Positions 47,436-58,325 of a DNA stretch of 64,000 nt are shown here, piece after piece. The translations under genes were made by a program, and so were the position numbers. Each line of letters opens with the position of its first letter. The stretch's first letter is position 1. Source of the stretch: an uncultured Bacilli bacterium (GTDB lineage Bacteria > Bacillota_I > Bacilli_A > RF39 > UBA660). The stretch is taken from positions 13,011 to 77,010 of the forward strand of contig CAKPGR010000003.1 of the NCBI GenBank assembly GCA_934155005.1, read 5' to 3'. The notes below the pieces were generated by a model that was given only the letters and a program-made list of their open reading frames with translations, did not search any database and was not told the DNA's origin.

Positions 47436-47861
47436 ATGGATTTAGCAAATTTAACCCCAGAAGAATTAGAACTAATGTCTTATACAGACTTAACTTATAT
47501 GTTATTAAAAGAAAATAAAAAATCAATGAATACAGCAACTGTTTTTAAAGAAATTTGTAAATTATTAGAATATACAGATGAAGATTATGCAAATAAAATA
47601 GGAGATTATTATACATCATTAACAATTGATAAAAGATTTGTTTTACTTCCTAATAACGAATGGGATATTAGAGACAATCATTCTGTTCAAATTGTAGTAG
47701 AAGAAGATGAAGAGGAGCCAGAAGAAGTAGAAGACGAAGAAGATGTAGTAGAAGAAGAAACTGATGATGACACTCTTTATGATGATGAAAGTGAATTAGA
47801 TGATGACGATGATTTATCAGATTTATCAATAGTTGATGATGAAGAAATAGATGCTGAATAA
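47436..47861 (+). CDS. rpoE: RNA polymerase delta subunit (N-terminal HARE-HTH plus poly-acidic tail)
   Basis: 141 aa; N-terminus MDLANLTPEELELMSYTDLTYMLLKENKKSMN... and a 50-aa Asp/Glu tail, as in Firmicutes RpoE. Confidence 0.7.
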   Translation: MDLANLTPEELELMSYTDLTYMLLKENKKSMNTATVFKEICKLLEYTDEDYANKIGDYYTSLTIDKRFVLLPNNEWDIRDNHSVQIVVEEDEEEPEEVEDEEDVVEEETDDDTLYDDESELDDDDDLSDLSIVDDEEIDAE

Positions 47862-47866
47862 AAAAA

Positions 47867-49021
47867 CTATCCTTGAATTGGATAGTTTTTATATTCACTT
47901 TCAATCAATTTAACTTTATCTTGTTCATTTAATATAGAAGCATAACAACAAGTACTTCTAAATTCAATATCAAGCATTTTATTTTTAATAGTTGAGAAAT
48001 TAGTTATAATAGGTATATTGATAGAATCTTTGATATTCTTTAAAAATAAACGACCGTTATTTGAAAAACCTAGTATCCTAATATATTCAATATGATCAAA
48101 ATTTTTTATTTCTTCTTTTGTTATATTACACATTATATGAATAAACATTCTATTTAATTTATTATAAGTATATCTTTTTGTTTTAATTTTTAAAATAAGT
48201 TCATCTAATGATTTAGCTTTAACAATAAATTTGTTAATTCTATTATCAATTCCTTCGTCAACAGTTAGAAATTTATCAAGATTATCTCTATTAATTAAAA
48301 TATTATATTTTATTAGTGGAAAATAATCATCTGTAAAATGAAGTTTTTGATTTAAAAAATTTAGTGTATAAATAGGAACTTGATTTTCAACATTTTCATT
48401 ATTTTTTAATGCATATCTTATACTTGTCGCACTACTCATAAAGTCAGATAATTCAGTACAATTATAGTTATCGTTTCTTTTAATAGTTATAGGTTTTATT
48501 TTACTTTTTCTTTTTAAAATTTCTCTAATATAAGTTATACCTAATATATCATTAGGTTTAGATATACTAGTTCCAGTTAAATCGGTTAAAGCCTTAGATA
48601 AAGCAGTAGGATAATTAATACCCTCATTTAAATATTCTTTTACAAGATAATTATATTTTTTATTTTCTAGTTGAATTTTAGCTAAATTAGTTAATTTTTC
48701 TACATCATTTGATTCACTTCCAAATACTAAATAATCAATATTTAATGTATCTAAAATTTCAATACTCGCTTTTGCAAAAACATCCGCACTTTGAACAGCA
48801 AAAACAAAAGGTAATTCAACAACTAAATCAACTCCATAATGAAGTGCGATAGCTGTTTTATCCCATTTATTAATAACGCTAACATCTCCTCTTTCAGTAA
48901 AATTACCACTCATTACAAGTATTATATTAGATTTAGGAAACATTTCTTTTATTTTTTTTAGATGAAATAAATGTCCATTATGAAATGGATTATATTCACA
49001 AATAATTCCAACATTAACCAT
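47867..49021 (-). CDS. tmcAL: tRNA(Met) cytidine acetate ligase TmcAL (YlbM/UPF0348 nucleotidyltransferase-like)
   Basis: MVNVGIICEYNPFHNGHLFHLKK N-terminus with HxGH motif typical of the family. Confidence 0.65.
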   Translation of the reverse strand: MVNVGIICEYNPFHNGHLFHLKKIKEMFPKSNIILVMSGNFTERGDVSVINKWDKTAIALHYGVDLVVELPFVFAVQSADVFAKASIEILDTLNIDYLVFGSESNDVEKLTNLAKIQLENKKYNYLVKEYLNEGINYPTALSKALTDLTGTSISKPNDILGITYIREILKRKSKIKPITIKRNDNYNCTELSDFMSSATSIRYALKNNENVENQVPIYTLNFLNQKLHFTDDYFPLIKYNILINRDNLDKFLTVDEGIDNRINKFIVKAKSLDELILKIKTKRYTYNKLNRMFIHIMCNITKEEIKNFDHIEYIRILGFSNNGRLFLKNIKDSINIPIITNFSTIKNKMLDIEFRSTCCYASILNEQDKVKLIESEYKNYPIQG

Positions 49022-49083
49022 ACTATCACCTACACATATTTTAACACATAACTTAAAACTTATAAAGTTAGTAAAAATATTTT

Positions 49084-50013
49084 CTAACTAACTTTATCAC
49101 CTTGATAAATATTTCTTTTAACCATTTCCTTATCAATATTATTTAGGACACAAAACTTTTTAACTAACCAATTAGGTTCAATTAAATCTTCTTTTTTTGG
49201 ATCGCCTGTTATTCTATTAATAACAATTTCAGGCCTTAGATATTCTAGTTGTGTGCAAACAATATCTACATATTCATCAATTGTTAGAACATGAAAGGGG
49301 TTTTCTTTGTACATCTTTTCTAATTTAGTTTTTTTAACAATAGATAACATATGTATTTTAATTCCTTGAATATCTAATTTATTTAAATATTTAACTGTTT
49401 CAATCATCATTTCTTTTGTTTCATAAGGAAGCCCATTAATGATATGAACAACAACATTAATATTTCTTTTTCTAAGTTCTAAAACGCAATCATAAAAACA
49501 TTTTAAAGAGTGACATCTATTAATTAAAATGGAAGTTTGCTCGTGAATTGTTTGAAGACCAAGTTCAATAGTTAAATAAGTTCTTTTACTAAGATCTTCT
49601 AAGTAATCATAACATTCAGGCGTTATAGCATCAGGTCTTGTAGCAATATTAATTCCAACAACTCCTTCTAGTTTAATAACACTCTCAAACTTTTCTTTTA
49701 AAATATCAACAGGGGCATATGTATTAGTATTAGCTTGAAAATAGGCTATATATTTATTGCTATCCCATTTATTTTTCATCATATTTTTAATATCATTGAA
49801 TTGTTTGATTAAACTATCATTTTTATTGCCTGCAAATTCACCACTACCATTAGAGCAATAAATACAGCCACCACTTCCAACAGTGCCATCAATGTTTGGA
49901 CAAGAAAATCCAGCATTAAGACTAACTTTAAATACCTTAGAATTAAATTTGTTTTTATAAAAATAATCTAAGGTATGATATCTTTTATTAGAATTACTAT
50001 AAATAAAAGTCAT
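49084..50013 (-). CDS. Radical SAM protein, TIGR01212 (YhcC-like) family
   Basis: Cys cluster CPNIDGTVGSGGCIYCSN with the family-specific non-canonical spacing. Confidence 0.65.
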   Translation of the reverse strand: MTFIYSNSNKRYHTLDYFYKNKFNSKVFKVSLNAGFSCPNIDGTVGSGGCIYCSNGSGEFAGNKNDSLIKQFNDIKNMMKNKWDSNKYIAYFQANTNTYAPVDILKEKFESVIKLEGVVGINIATRPDAITPECYDYLEDLSKRTYLTIELGLQTIHEQTSILINRCHSLKCFYDCVLELRKRNINVVVHIINGLPYETKEMMIETVKYLNKLDIQGIKIHMLSIVKKTKLEKMYKENPFHVLTIDEYVDIVCTQLEYLRPEIVINRITGDPKKEDLIEPNWLVKKFCVLNNIDKEMVKRNIYQGDKVS

Positions 50014-50113
50014 AAAATCACCACATATTTATTATAATATATAAATTGAAGTTTTTGTGAAAAAACTTTATAAAAACAAATAATTTTGATATAATTATAG
50101 AGGAGGTAATAAT

Positions 50114-51508
50114 ATGAAAAAAAATAGCTTTTTAAAAGCACTAGTAATTGTTTTTTTAGTTTATGTTGTTCTTAGTTGGATAATTCCAGTTGGATATTTT
50201 AGCAGTGGTAAATTAGTTACTGATGCAACTTCACCTGTTGGAATATTTGATTTAATACTTTATCCAATTATAGCTGGAACAAGTTCTGTTTTCTTACTTA
50301 CAGCCATAGTTATTCTACTTATGGGTGGATTATATGGTGTTTTAAATAAGACAGGTGCTTATTCAAAAATAACAGAAGGTATAGCAAAAAAATTCAAAGG
50401 TAAAGAAAAAAGAGTTTTAGTATTTATTACTTTATTCTTTGTTATTTTAACATCTTTTACAGGGTTAACTTTGCCAATGTTTATGTTAGTTCCATTTATG
50501 GCAACTGTATTGATGTTATTAGGTTATAGTAAATTTACATCTTGTCTTTCAACAATAGGTGGTATTTTGATTGGTAATTTAGCTTCAACTTATGGATTTA
50601 ATGTTGCAGGTTATATATCTTATTTAACTGAAAACATTAATGATTCTATAATTTTTAGAGTTTTATTATTAGTAGTTGTATCAGGTGTCTTAATTTATAC
50701 ATTACTTAAAACATCTAAAATTAATAAGAAAAAAGAAGAAAATATTCCATTATATGAAAAAAATATTGATAAAAATGCAAATACTAAACCAATAGTTATC
50801 TTATCAATTATTTCATTTATTTTAGTATTAGTTGGAATGATAAATTGGAACGCTGTATTTGGAATTGAATTATTTGAAAATATTCATAAATCTATTACAG
50901 AGTTTGAAATAGGTGGATATACATTATTTGGTAATTTAATTGGAACATTACCTGCTATTGGATCGTGGACAAATTATGAATTAGCTCTAATATTAATTAT
51001 CTTATCATTTGTTATTGGAAAAATTTATAAAATGAAATTTAATGAAATATTAGATGGAATGGTAGATGGAATGAAAGAAGTAGTTCCTGTTGCCCTTGTA
51101 GCTATTATAGCAAATATTATATTCTTACTTATGAATTCTAATACTAGTGGATATACAATATTCGCACCAATAAGCAATTACTTATTAAATTTAACTAAAA
51201 ATTTAAATGTTGTAACAATGTCTATAACATCAATAATTGGAAGTATTTTCTATAATGATTTTCCATATATGCTAAGTTCTATGTATTCTCCAATTACAAC
51301 TTTATACGAAAGTTATTCTGTTATTGGATTTATAGCTCAATCGATGCATGGGTTAGTTCAGTTAGTAGCGCCTACAAGTGTTGTTTTAGTAGCTGGATTG
51401 ACATTGTTTAATATTGATTATAAAGAATGGCTAAAAAATTTATGGAAACTATTTATTCTTTTATTATTAGCTATTTTAGTTATTATAATTATAATGAGTA
51501 TTATTTAA
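50114..51508 (+). CDS. Polytopic membrane transporter (about 12 TM), possibly YfcC/DcuC-like anaerobic carrier family
   Basis: 464 aa, strongly hydrophobic throughout; family assignment tentative. Confidence 0.3.
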   Translation: MKKNSFLKALVIVFLVYVVLSWIIPVGYFSSGKLVTDATSPVGIFDLILYPIIAGTSSVFLLTAIVILLMGGLYGVLNKTGAYSKITEGIAKKFKGKEKRVLVFITLFFVILTSFTGLTLPMFMLVPFMATVLMLLGYSKFTSCLSTIGGILIGNLASTYGFNVAGYISYLTENINDSIIFRVLLLVVVSGVLIYTLLKTSKINKKKEENIPLYEKNIDKNANTKPIVILSIISFILVLVGMINWNAVFGIELFENIHKSITEFEIGGYTLFGNLIGTLPAIGSWTNYELALILIILSFVIGKIYKMKFNEILDGMVDGMKEVVPVALVAIIANIIFLLMNSNTSGYTIFAPISNYLLNLTKNLNVVTMSITSIIGSIFYNDFPYMLSSMYSPITTLYESYSVIGFIAQSMHGLVQLVAPTSVVLVAGLTLFNIDYKEWLKNLWKLFILLLLAILVIIIIMSII

Positions 51509-51581
51509 GAAGATATTAAAATCTTCTTTTTTGTTATAAAAAAATATGTTATACTATTCATTAGAATAGGAGGTATATATT

Positions 51582-52145
51582 ATGGGAGATTTTATAGAAA
51601 AAATAAATATGGCTATCGATTTTTCTAGGCAAAACATTGAAAAAATCAATAATAATATAAAAAATACCTCTAGGAAAGCAACTGAACTTTTAAATGAAAA
51701 AAATGTCAACACAGAAGAATACAGAATTGAAATTCAAAAATATAATTATATTTTGTTAAAATATAATCATTTAATAGAACAATACAATTTATATATTGAA
51801 AGATGTAATATATATTTAGAATATATAAAAGTATTAAATTTAAAAGATGAAATATTAATTAAACATTTAGAATATAAACTAATCAAAAATATCCAAGAAG
51901 AATATATATATAAGATTAAAAGTGACATATCAGAATTAAAAGAAAAAAAATTATTTATGGATGAAAATATAGATTCAATTTTAGAAAAGATAATTGAAAA
52001 TAAAAATAAATATTATGAAAGGTTTATAGATGGAAATTATTTTATAGACCAAACCAAAGTATTTAGCAATGAATATTTAAATTTTGAAATTTATTCTTTA
52101 ATAACAAAAATTTATCCTAATAAATATAAAAGAAAAATAAATTAG
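51582..52145 (+). CDS. Hypothetical 187-aa coiled-coil protein
   Basis: ORF with RBS AGGAGGT; Ile/Asn/Glu-rich helical. Confidence 0.4.
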   Translation: MGDFIEKINMAIDFSRQNIEKINNNIKNTSRKATELLNEKNVNTEEYRIEIQKYNYILLKYNHLIEQYNLYIERCNIYLEYIKVLNLKDEILIKHLEYKLIKNIQEEYIYKIKSDISELKEKKLFMDENIDSILEKIIENKNKYYERFIDGNYFIDQTKVFSNEYLNFEIYSLITKIYPNKYKRKIN

Positions 52146-52153
52146 GTGATTAT

Positions 52154-52786
52154 ATGAATTTTAAAATAGATGATGAAGATTATAAGGTTATAATTGTTAG
52201 AAAAAACAATAAAAATACTTATATTAAAATAAAAGAGGATTTAAATATCTATGTTACAACAAACTATTTAGTTTCTACTAGACAAATAGAAAGACTACTC
52301 GAAGATAATTTAAATTATTTAAGAAAAACATTGAATAAATTAAAAGAAAAAAATGCTAAGGAAGAAATGTTCTATTATTTAGGACATAAATATGATATAA
52401 TAATATATAGAAATAAAGATATAGAAATTATAGGCGATAGAATATATGTTAAAAGTTATGACTATTTAAATAGATGGTATAATAAAAAAATGAAAAGTTT
52501 ATTTAAAGAACGTTTAGATTATAACTATAACTTGTTTAAAGAAAATATTCCATATCCTAAACTTAGAATTAGATTAATGAAAACAAGATGGGGCGTGTGT
52601 AATAGAAGTAATATGACTATTACATTAAATTCTAATTTAATGAGATATGACATTGAAAAATTAGATTATGTCATTATTCATGAATTATCGCATCTAGTTC
52701 ATTTTGATCATTCTAAATATTTTTGGAATGTTGTTTCAAAGTATTGTCCTGAATATAAGAGAATAAGAAAAGAATTAAGAGATTAA
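52154..52786 (+). CDS. YgjP-like metal-dependent hydrolase (DUF45/M48-like HExxH protein)
   Basis: VIIHELSHLVHFDHS zinc-binding HExxH motif near the C-terminus, 210 aa. Confidence 0.55.
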   Translation: MNFKIDDEDYKVIIVRKNNKNTYIKIKEDLNIYVTTNYLVSTRQIERLLEDNLNYLRKTLNKLKEKNAKEEMFYYLGHKYDIIIYRNKDIEIIGDRIYVKSYDYLNRWYNKKMKSLFKERLDYNYNLFKENIPYPKLRIRLMKTRWGVCNRSNMTITLNSNLMRYDIEKLDYVIIHELSHLVHFDHSKYFWNVVSKYCPEYKRIRKELRD

Positions 52787-52797
52787 AGAGGTAAAAT

Positions 52798-54003
52798 ATG
52801 AAGAAAAAAATAAGCTTTTTATTATTTTTATTGCTACTAATCCCATTTAATGTAAGTGCGATAACAATTAATGAGTTTGAACAACAAGTAAAGAAATATA
52901 CTGATGAGCTTACTGAAAAACAAAATAAAATAGCTAAAAATGATAAGGAAGTAGCAGAAGTTAAAGCAAAGATAAATGAAATACAAAATCAAATGGCTGA
53001 GATAGAAGCTGACATGATTAGACTTCAAAAAGATATTGATGATGGAAATGAAAAAATTAAAGAAAAAAATAAAGAAATAAAAAATTTAATTAAATATTCC
53101 CAAGTTGTTGATAGTAAAAATTCATACTTAGAATATATTTTTGGAGCAGAATCATTTACTGATTTAATATTTAGATTATCTGTTATTGAACAGTTAGCAG
53201 ATTATGATAAAAAAGTAACAAATGAATTACAAGAATTAATAAAAGCAAATAATGAAAAAAAAGAAGAATTAAAAAATAAACAATCAGATTTAGATAAATT
53301 AAAAGATAAATTATCTGATGAAAAATCACGTATTGAAGCGGATACAGATGCTATTAGAGAATCAATGCCATCAATTGAAGAAAGAATTAAAGAAGCAAAA
53401 ACAAACCTTGAATATTATAAAAAATTAGGTTGTGGAAAAAGCGAAGATATTCAAGCCTGTCAATATCGTATCGAACAATCTCATAGTTCTGTTTCTATTC
53501 CAGCAGCAGAAGGATTTAGAAAGCCAACAGATCAAGGTAAAATTTCACAAGCATATAGAGGAATTAGTCATTTAGGTTATGATATTGTAAGTACAACTTC
53601 AAATAAAAGTATTCCAATTTATCCAGTTGCAAATGGACAAGTATTTAAAATTTATTATGATAATTGTACATCTGGTAATTGGTGTTCAGCTATAGGACAT
53701 AGTTGTAATGGAAATGCTCTTGTAGTAAAGATAAGACATAATATTGGTGGACGTTATATTTACTCAACATATGCACATTTTAGTTCATTTGGTAATATCA
53801 AAGAAGGTCAATTAGTTACAACTTCAACTATTATAGGTTATATGGGAACAACTGGATGCTCAACAGGACCTCACCTTCATCTTGAATTAACAAAATGTGA
53901 TTGGCACACGGGTGGTGGATGTACATATGATACTTATCAAAAATCATCTATTAATCCAGCACTTTATATAGGTATTCCTAATACTTATGGATACACTTGG
54001 TAA
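52798..54003 (+). CDS. Secreted coiled-coil plus M23 (LytM) metallopeptidase, EnvC-like architecture
   Basis: Signal peptide, about 200-aa coiled coil, C-terminal GISHLGYDI...GYMGTTGCSTGPHLHLEL (H-x3-D and HxH zinc ligands). Confidence 0.65.
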   Translation: MKKKISFLLFLLLLIPFNVSAITINEFEQQVKKYTDELTEKQNKIAKNDKEVAEVKAKINEIQNQMAEIEADMIRLQKDIDDGNEKIKEKNKEIKNLIKYSQVVDSKNSYLEYIFGAESFTDLIFRLSVIEQLADYDKKVTNELQELIKANNEKKEELKNKQSDLDKLKDKLSDEKSRIEADTDAIRESMPSIEERIKEAKTNLEYYKKLGCGKSEDIQACQYRIEQSHSSVSIPAAEGFRKPTDQGKISQAYRGISHLGYDIVSTTSNKSIPIYPVANGQVFKIYYDNCTSGNWCSAIGHSCNGNALVVKIRHNIGGRYIYSTYAHFSSFGNIKEGQLVTTSTIIGYMGTTGCSTGPHLHLELTKCDWHTGGGCTYDTYQKSSINPALYIGIPNTYGYTW

Positions 54004-54029
54004 GAACTCTTTTGAGTTCTTTTTTTTTG
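54002..54029 (+). terminator. Rho-independent terminator after the M23 gene
   Basis: aagaactc/gagttctt stem, loop tttt, T9 run. Confidence 0.7.
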
Positions 54030-54075
54030 ACATAATATTTAATTATATATTGCTATTATTTATTTGGTGATTTTT

Positions 54076-54243
54076 GTGAAAGTAAAAATATTTGATGAAG
54101 AAAGTGAACTAGATTTAGAAGAAGATATTAATAAATTTATCAAAGAGGTAGAAGTAATAGATATAAAATATCAAGTAGCTTTAAGTGTTTTTAGTGAAGA
54201 ACAAATATATTCTTTTTCAGCTATGATAATTTATAAATCATAA
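54076..54243 (+). CDS. Small Cse60-like sporulation-associated protein (about 55 aa), below the ORF-track size cut-off
   Basis: VKVKIFDEESELDLEEDINKFIKEVEVIDIKYQVALSVFSEEQIYSFSAMIIYKS matches the pattern KVK-FDE-HE-DLE...IDI-YQ...QIY-FSAMI-Y that I recall for the Cse60 family; GTG start, weak RBS. Confidence 0.35.
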   Translation: MKVKIFDEESELDLEEDINKFIKEVEVIDIKYQVALSVFSEEQIYSFSAMIIYKS

Positions 54244-54321
54244 AAAAATATTGTCTATTTTTTTTAACTAATTCGACTTATTTTTATAACTCTATCGCAT
54301 AGAATAAAAATGGGTGATAAA

Positions 54322-56625
54322 ATGTTTAGTAATTTTAATGAAGAAGCTAGAGTTATAATTGTAAATGCTAAAATGGAAATGCAAAAATTAAAACATCCAT
54401 ATATAGGAAGCGAACATCTACTTTTAGCTATTTTAAAAGATAAAAATAGTGTTAGTGATAAATTAAAAAAATATGATTTAACATATGATAGATTCAAAAA
54501 GGAATTAATCGATGTAGTTGGTATAGGATCAAAAGAAAGTAATTTATTTCTATATACACCCTTACTAAAAAGAATTTTAGAAACAGCTATTATTGACAGT
54601 AAAGAAAATAATAATGGTGAAGTTACTATAAATCATTTATTTTCTAGTTTATTAGAAGAAGGTGAAGGTATAGCAATTAGAATTCTTATGGGGATGGATA
54701 TAAATATAGATGAATTATACAGTGATTTTATGTATAAAGTAATTCATTCTAAAAAAAATAAAGAAAACTTATTAATAGAAAAAATAGGCGTTAATTTAAA
54801 TCAAAAAGCTTTAAATAATGAGTTAGATCCTGTTATTGGAAGAGAAAAAGAATTAAAAAGAATACTAGAAATTTTATCTAGAAGAACAAAAAACAATCCT
54901 ATTTTAATAGGAGAAGCTGGTGTTGGTAAAACAGCTATTGTAGAAGAATTAAGTCGTATGATAGCTTATGGTGAAGCTCCTCTCAGTCTTAAAAATAAAA
55001 AGATAATAAGTTTGGATATGGCTTCCCTTGTAGCTGGTACAAAATATCGTGGAGAATTTGAAGAAAGAGTAAAAAAAATACTTGATGAAGTAGAAGAAAA
55101 TGAAGATATTATTTTATTTATAGACGAGATTCATACCCTAGTAGGCGCAGGTGGAGCAGAAGGAGCAATAGATGCTTCTAATATTTTTAAACCTGCCTTA
55201 GCTAGAAATAAATTTAGATGTATAGGCGCTACAACAATTAAAGAATATAAACAATTTATAGAAAAAGATAGTGCCTTAGATAGAAGATTTCAAAAGGTAA
55301 ACATAGAAATTCCTACCAAAGAAGAAACAAAAACAATTATTAGGAAAATAAAACCTCTATATGAAAAATACCATCTAGTTAATATTGATGATAATATTAT
55401 AGATTTAATTGTTGATTTATCAGAAAAATATGTATATGACAGAAATCAACCAGATAAATCACTTGATATATTAGACGAGGTATGCGCTAAGGTAAGCATT
55501 AATGAAAATAAAGAGATAAAAGATTATAAAAAACTAAAAAATGAATATGAAAATATTATTAAAATAAAAAAAGAAGCTGTTTTAAATAATAATTTCAAAA
55601 TGGCTACAAAATATAAAGATGAAGAAAATATTATTATGGATAAAATTAATAATTTTGAATTCAATATGTATAAGAAAAAAAATAAAACAGTTACCAAAGA
55701 AGATGTGGCGTATGTTATTTCTTCAAAGACAAAAATACCTGTATATGAACTACTTAAAAATAATAAAGAAATAGTAAAAAATGTTGAAAATAATTTAAAA
55801 AATATATTAGTTGGTCAAGATAAAGCCTTAAATGAAGTAACTGCGCTAGCAAAAAAAATTAAATTAGGTTTTAAAGATAACAAATGTTACTCTATGATGT
55901 TTGTGGGACCAAGTGGCGTGGGTAAAACTTTATTAGCTAAAAAGTTTGGAGAATTGTTGGTTGGTAATAATGTTATAAAATTAGATATGGGAGAATATTC
56001 AGAGGCACATTCTGTAAGTAAAATTATAGGTTCGCCACCTGGTTATGTTGGTTATGATGACTATAATAATATTTTGGAAGATATAAGATGTAATCCATAT
56101 TCTGTTTTAATATTAGATGAAATCGAAAGAGCGCATCCTAATGTTATTAATTTATTTTTTAACATTTTAGATGAAGGAAAAGTAAAAGACAGTAGTGGTA
56201 GATTAGTTAGATTTGATAATGTTGTTGTTATAATGACATCTAATATTGGATTTGATGATATTCATATAGGATTTAACGAAAAACAAAATAGTGTAATTAT
56301 GAATAAACTAAAAGATCATTTTAATACATCATTTTTAAATAGAATAGATAACACTATTATTTTTAATAAATTATGTGATAAAGATATTGAAAAATTAATT
56401 AATAAAAAATTAAAAAAATTGAAAGATGAATATAAAGAATATAATTTAAAAATTAACAATAAAGTTATAGATGAAATAAAAGAAAAATCTGACTTTAAAA
56501 ATTATGGAGCTAGAAAAATAGACAAAATAATAAAAGATGATGTGTTAAGTATTATCATAGATAATATTCTAGATGATAATAAAAATATAAATATTGACAG
56601 TATAAAAAAAGAAAGTTTAGTTTAA
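54322..56625 (+). CDS. clpC: Clp/Hsp100-family AAA+ chaperone ATPase, ClpC-like (Clp_N repeats plus two AAA domains)
   Basis: Clp_N repeat ARVIIVNAKMEMQKLKHPYIGSEHLLLAIL; Walker A GEAGVGKTA (D1) and GPSGVGKT (D2); ATG 54322 preferred (RBS GGGTGA). Confidence 0.75.
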   Translation: MFSNFNEEARVIIVNAKMEMQKLKHPYIGSEHLLLAILKDKNSVSDKLKKYDLTYDRFKKELIDVVGIGSKESNLFLYTPLLKRILETAIIDSKENNNGEVTINHLFSSLLEEGEGIAIRILMGMDINIDELYSDFMYKVIHSKKNKENLLIEKIGVNLNQKALNNELDPVIGREKELKRILEILSRRTKNNPILIGEAGVGKTAIVEELSRMIAYGEAPLSLKNKKIISLDMASLVAGTKYRGEFEERVKKILDEVEENEDIILFIDEIHTLVGAGGAEGAIDASNIFKPALARNKFRCIGATTIKEYKQFIEKDSALDRRFQKVNIEIPTKEETKTIIRKIKPLYEKYHLVNIDDNIIDLIVDLSEKYVYDRNQPDKSLDILDEVCAKVSINENKEIKDYKKLKNEYENIIKIKKEAVLNNNFKMATKYKDEENIIMDKINNFEFNMYKKKNKTVTKEDVAYVISSKTKIPVYELLKNNKEIVKNVENNLKNILVGQDKALNEVTALAKKIKLGFKDNKCYSMMFVGPSGVGKTLLAKKFGELLVGNNVIKLDMGEYSEAHSVSKIIGSPPGYVGYDDYNNILEDIRCNPYSVLILDEIERAHPNVINLFFNILDEGKVKDSSGRLVRFDNVVVIMTSNIGFDDIHIGFNEKQNSVIMNKLKDHFNTSFLNRIDNTIIFNKLCDKDIEKLINKKLKKLKDEYKEYNLKINNKVIDEIKEKSDFKNYGARKIDKIIKDDVLSIIIDNILDDNKNINIDSIKKESLV

Positions 56626-56681
56626 ATTTTGACAAATATGTAAATAAGTGATAATATTTACTTACTTTGGAGGTATAAGAA

Positions 56682-57149
56682 GTGAGTAATTATTATTTGA
56701 TTGATTTAGATGATATTTCAAATGATGATGAAAGTTATCAATCATTTATTGAATTAAACTTTCCAGAATTATTAAATTTATATCAAATGAAACATTTATT
56801 AAAATCACATCAAGAAGATTTAAAAGGTAAATTACGTTTATTAAAATGCGAGTTAGAAATTAAATATCAATTAAGAAAATATAATATGCCTGTAAAATTA
56901 TTATTTGAAGTAAATGATAAATCTATTGTCAAAAATAGAAAAATAACAAGCTTAATATCTGTTTATGAAGTAAATAGTGATATTTCAATTGATGTAGAAA
57001 TTAGTAAACTAAAAAAATATAACATAAGTAGAGATGCTGCAGAATTATATATGTTAAGTCTTTCTAACTCTCAAAAAACAATGATACAAGATAAAATGGA
57101 AGAATATGAAAATTCTAAATTATCAAAAATTAAAAGAATAGCTATTTAA
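56682..57149 (+). CDS. Hypothetical 155-aa protein
   Basis: GTG start with RBS GGAGGT; no motif recognised. Confidence 0.35.
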   Translation: MSNYYLIDLDDISNDDESYQSFIELNFPELLNLYQMKHLLKSHQEDLKGKLRLLKCELEIKYQLRKYNMPVKLLFEVNDKSIVKNRKITSLISVYEVNSDISIDVEISKLKKYNISRDAAELYMLSLSNSQKTMIQDKMEEYENSKLSKIKRIAI

Positions 57150-57199
57150 GCTTTCTTTTTTTTGTTAAAGAAATATGATATAATTAATTAGGTGATATT

Positions 57200-58321
57200 A
57201 TGGTTTATTTAGATTATTCAGCCACAACAAAAGTAGATAAAGAAGTTTTAAATAGCTTTGTAATGGTAAATGAAAAATATTTTGCTAATCCAAATTCTCT
57301 TCATAAATTAGGAATTGAAGCAAAAAAATTAAGTGATGCTGCAACAGAGCAAATTAAAAAAATAATTAATATTCCAGATTCAGAAATTATATATACAAGT
57401 TGTTCTAGTGAATCCAATAATTTAGCAATTATTGGAACATGTCTTAGGAATCAAAAAAAGGGTAAGCATATAATAACAACTAACTTAGAACATTCATCAA
57501 TATATGGCCCTATTAGTTATTTACAAAAACTTGGCTTTGATGTTGATTTTGTAAAAACTAAGGATGGTTTAGTTGATATAGATGATTTAAAAAGACTAAT
57601 AAAAGATGATACTATATTAGTAACTATTGGAGCTGTCAATTCAGAAACAGGTGTTAAACAAAATATTGAAGAAATTTCTAAATTACTAAAAAATTATAAA
57701 TGTTATTTTCATGTAGATGCGACTCAAAGTGTTGGTAAAGTTAGAATTAATTATAAAGATGTTGATTTACTAAGTTTCACTGCTCATAAATTTTATGGGT
57801 TAAAAGGTATAGCTTGCTTAATAAAAAAGAATAATTTAAAAATGGAACCAATGATTCATGGAGGTAAATCTACAACAATATATAGAAGTGGTACTCCAGC
57901 TTTACCATTAATAGTATCAATATCAAAAGCGCTAAGATTAATTGATATTAAAATGGATGATTATTATAAATCAGTTTTATATTTAAATAGTTATATAAAA
58001 GAGGCTTTAAAAAAATATGATAATGTTAGAATTAATAGTAATATGTATTCTATACCTCATATTTTAAATATTAGTGTTTTAAATGTTAAACCAGAAACTT
58101 TACAGCATGCTCTTGAAGAATATGATATATATATTTCAACACAAAGTGCCTGTTCAAGTAATAATCAAGTAAGTAAATCAGTCTTAGAAGTTACTAAAGA
58201 TGAAAAAAGCGCTAGTCATAGCGTTAGAATTAGTTTATCAGGACTTACAACAAAAGAAGAAATTGATTATTTTCTAGATAAGTTTGATAAATGTATAGAA
58301 AAATTTAATAATTTGAGGTGA
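57200..58321 (+). CDS. Cysteine desulfurase-like class V aminotransferase (NifS/IscS family)
   Basis: PLP lysine context SFTAHKFYGLKG; catalytic Cys in STQSACSS. Confidence 0.7.
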   Translation: MVYLDYSATTKVDKEVLNSFVMVNEKYFANPNSLHKLGIEAKKLSDAATEQIKKIINIPDSEIIYTSCSSESNNLAIIGTCLRNQKKGKHIITTNLEHSSIYGPISYLQKLGFDVDFVKTKDGLVDIDDLKRLIKDDTILVTIGAVNSETGVKQNIEEISKLLKNYKCYFHVDATQSVGKVRINYKDVDLLSFTAHKFYGLKGIACLIKKNNLKMEPMIHGGKSTTIYRSGTPALPLIVSISKALRLIDIKMDDYYKSVLYLNSYIKEALKKYDNVRINSNMYSIPHILNISVLNVKPETLQHALEEYDIYISTQSACSSNNQVSKSVLEVTKDEKSASHSVRISLSGLTTKEEIDYFLDKFDKCIEKFNNLR

Positions 58322-58325
58322 ATTT

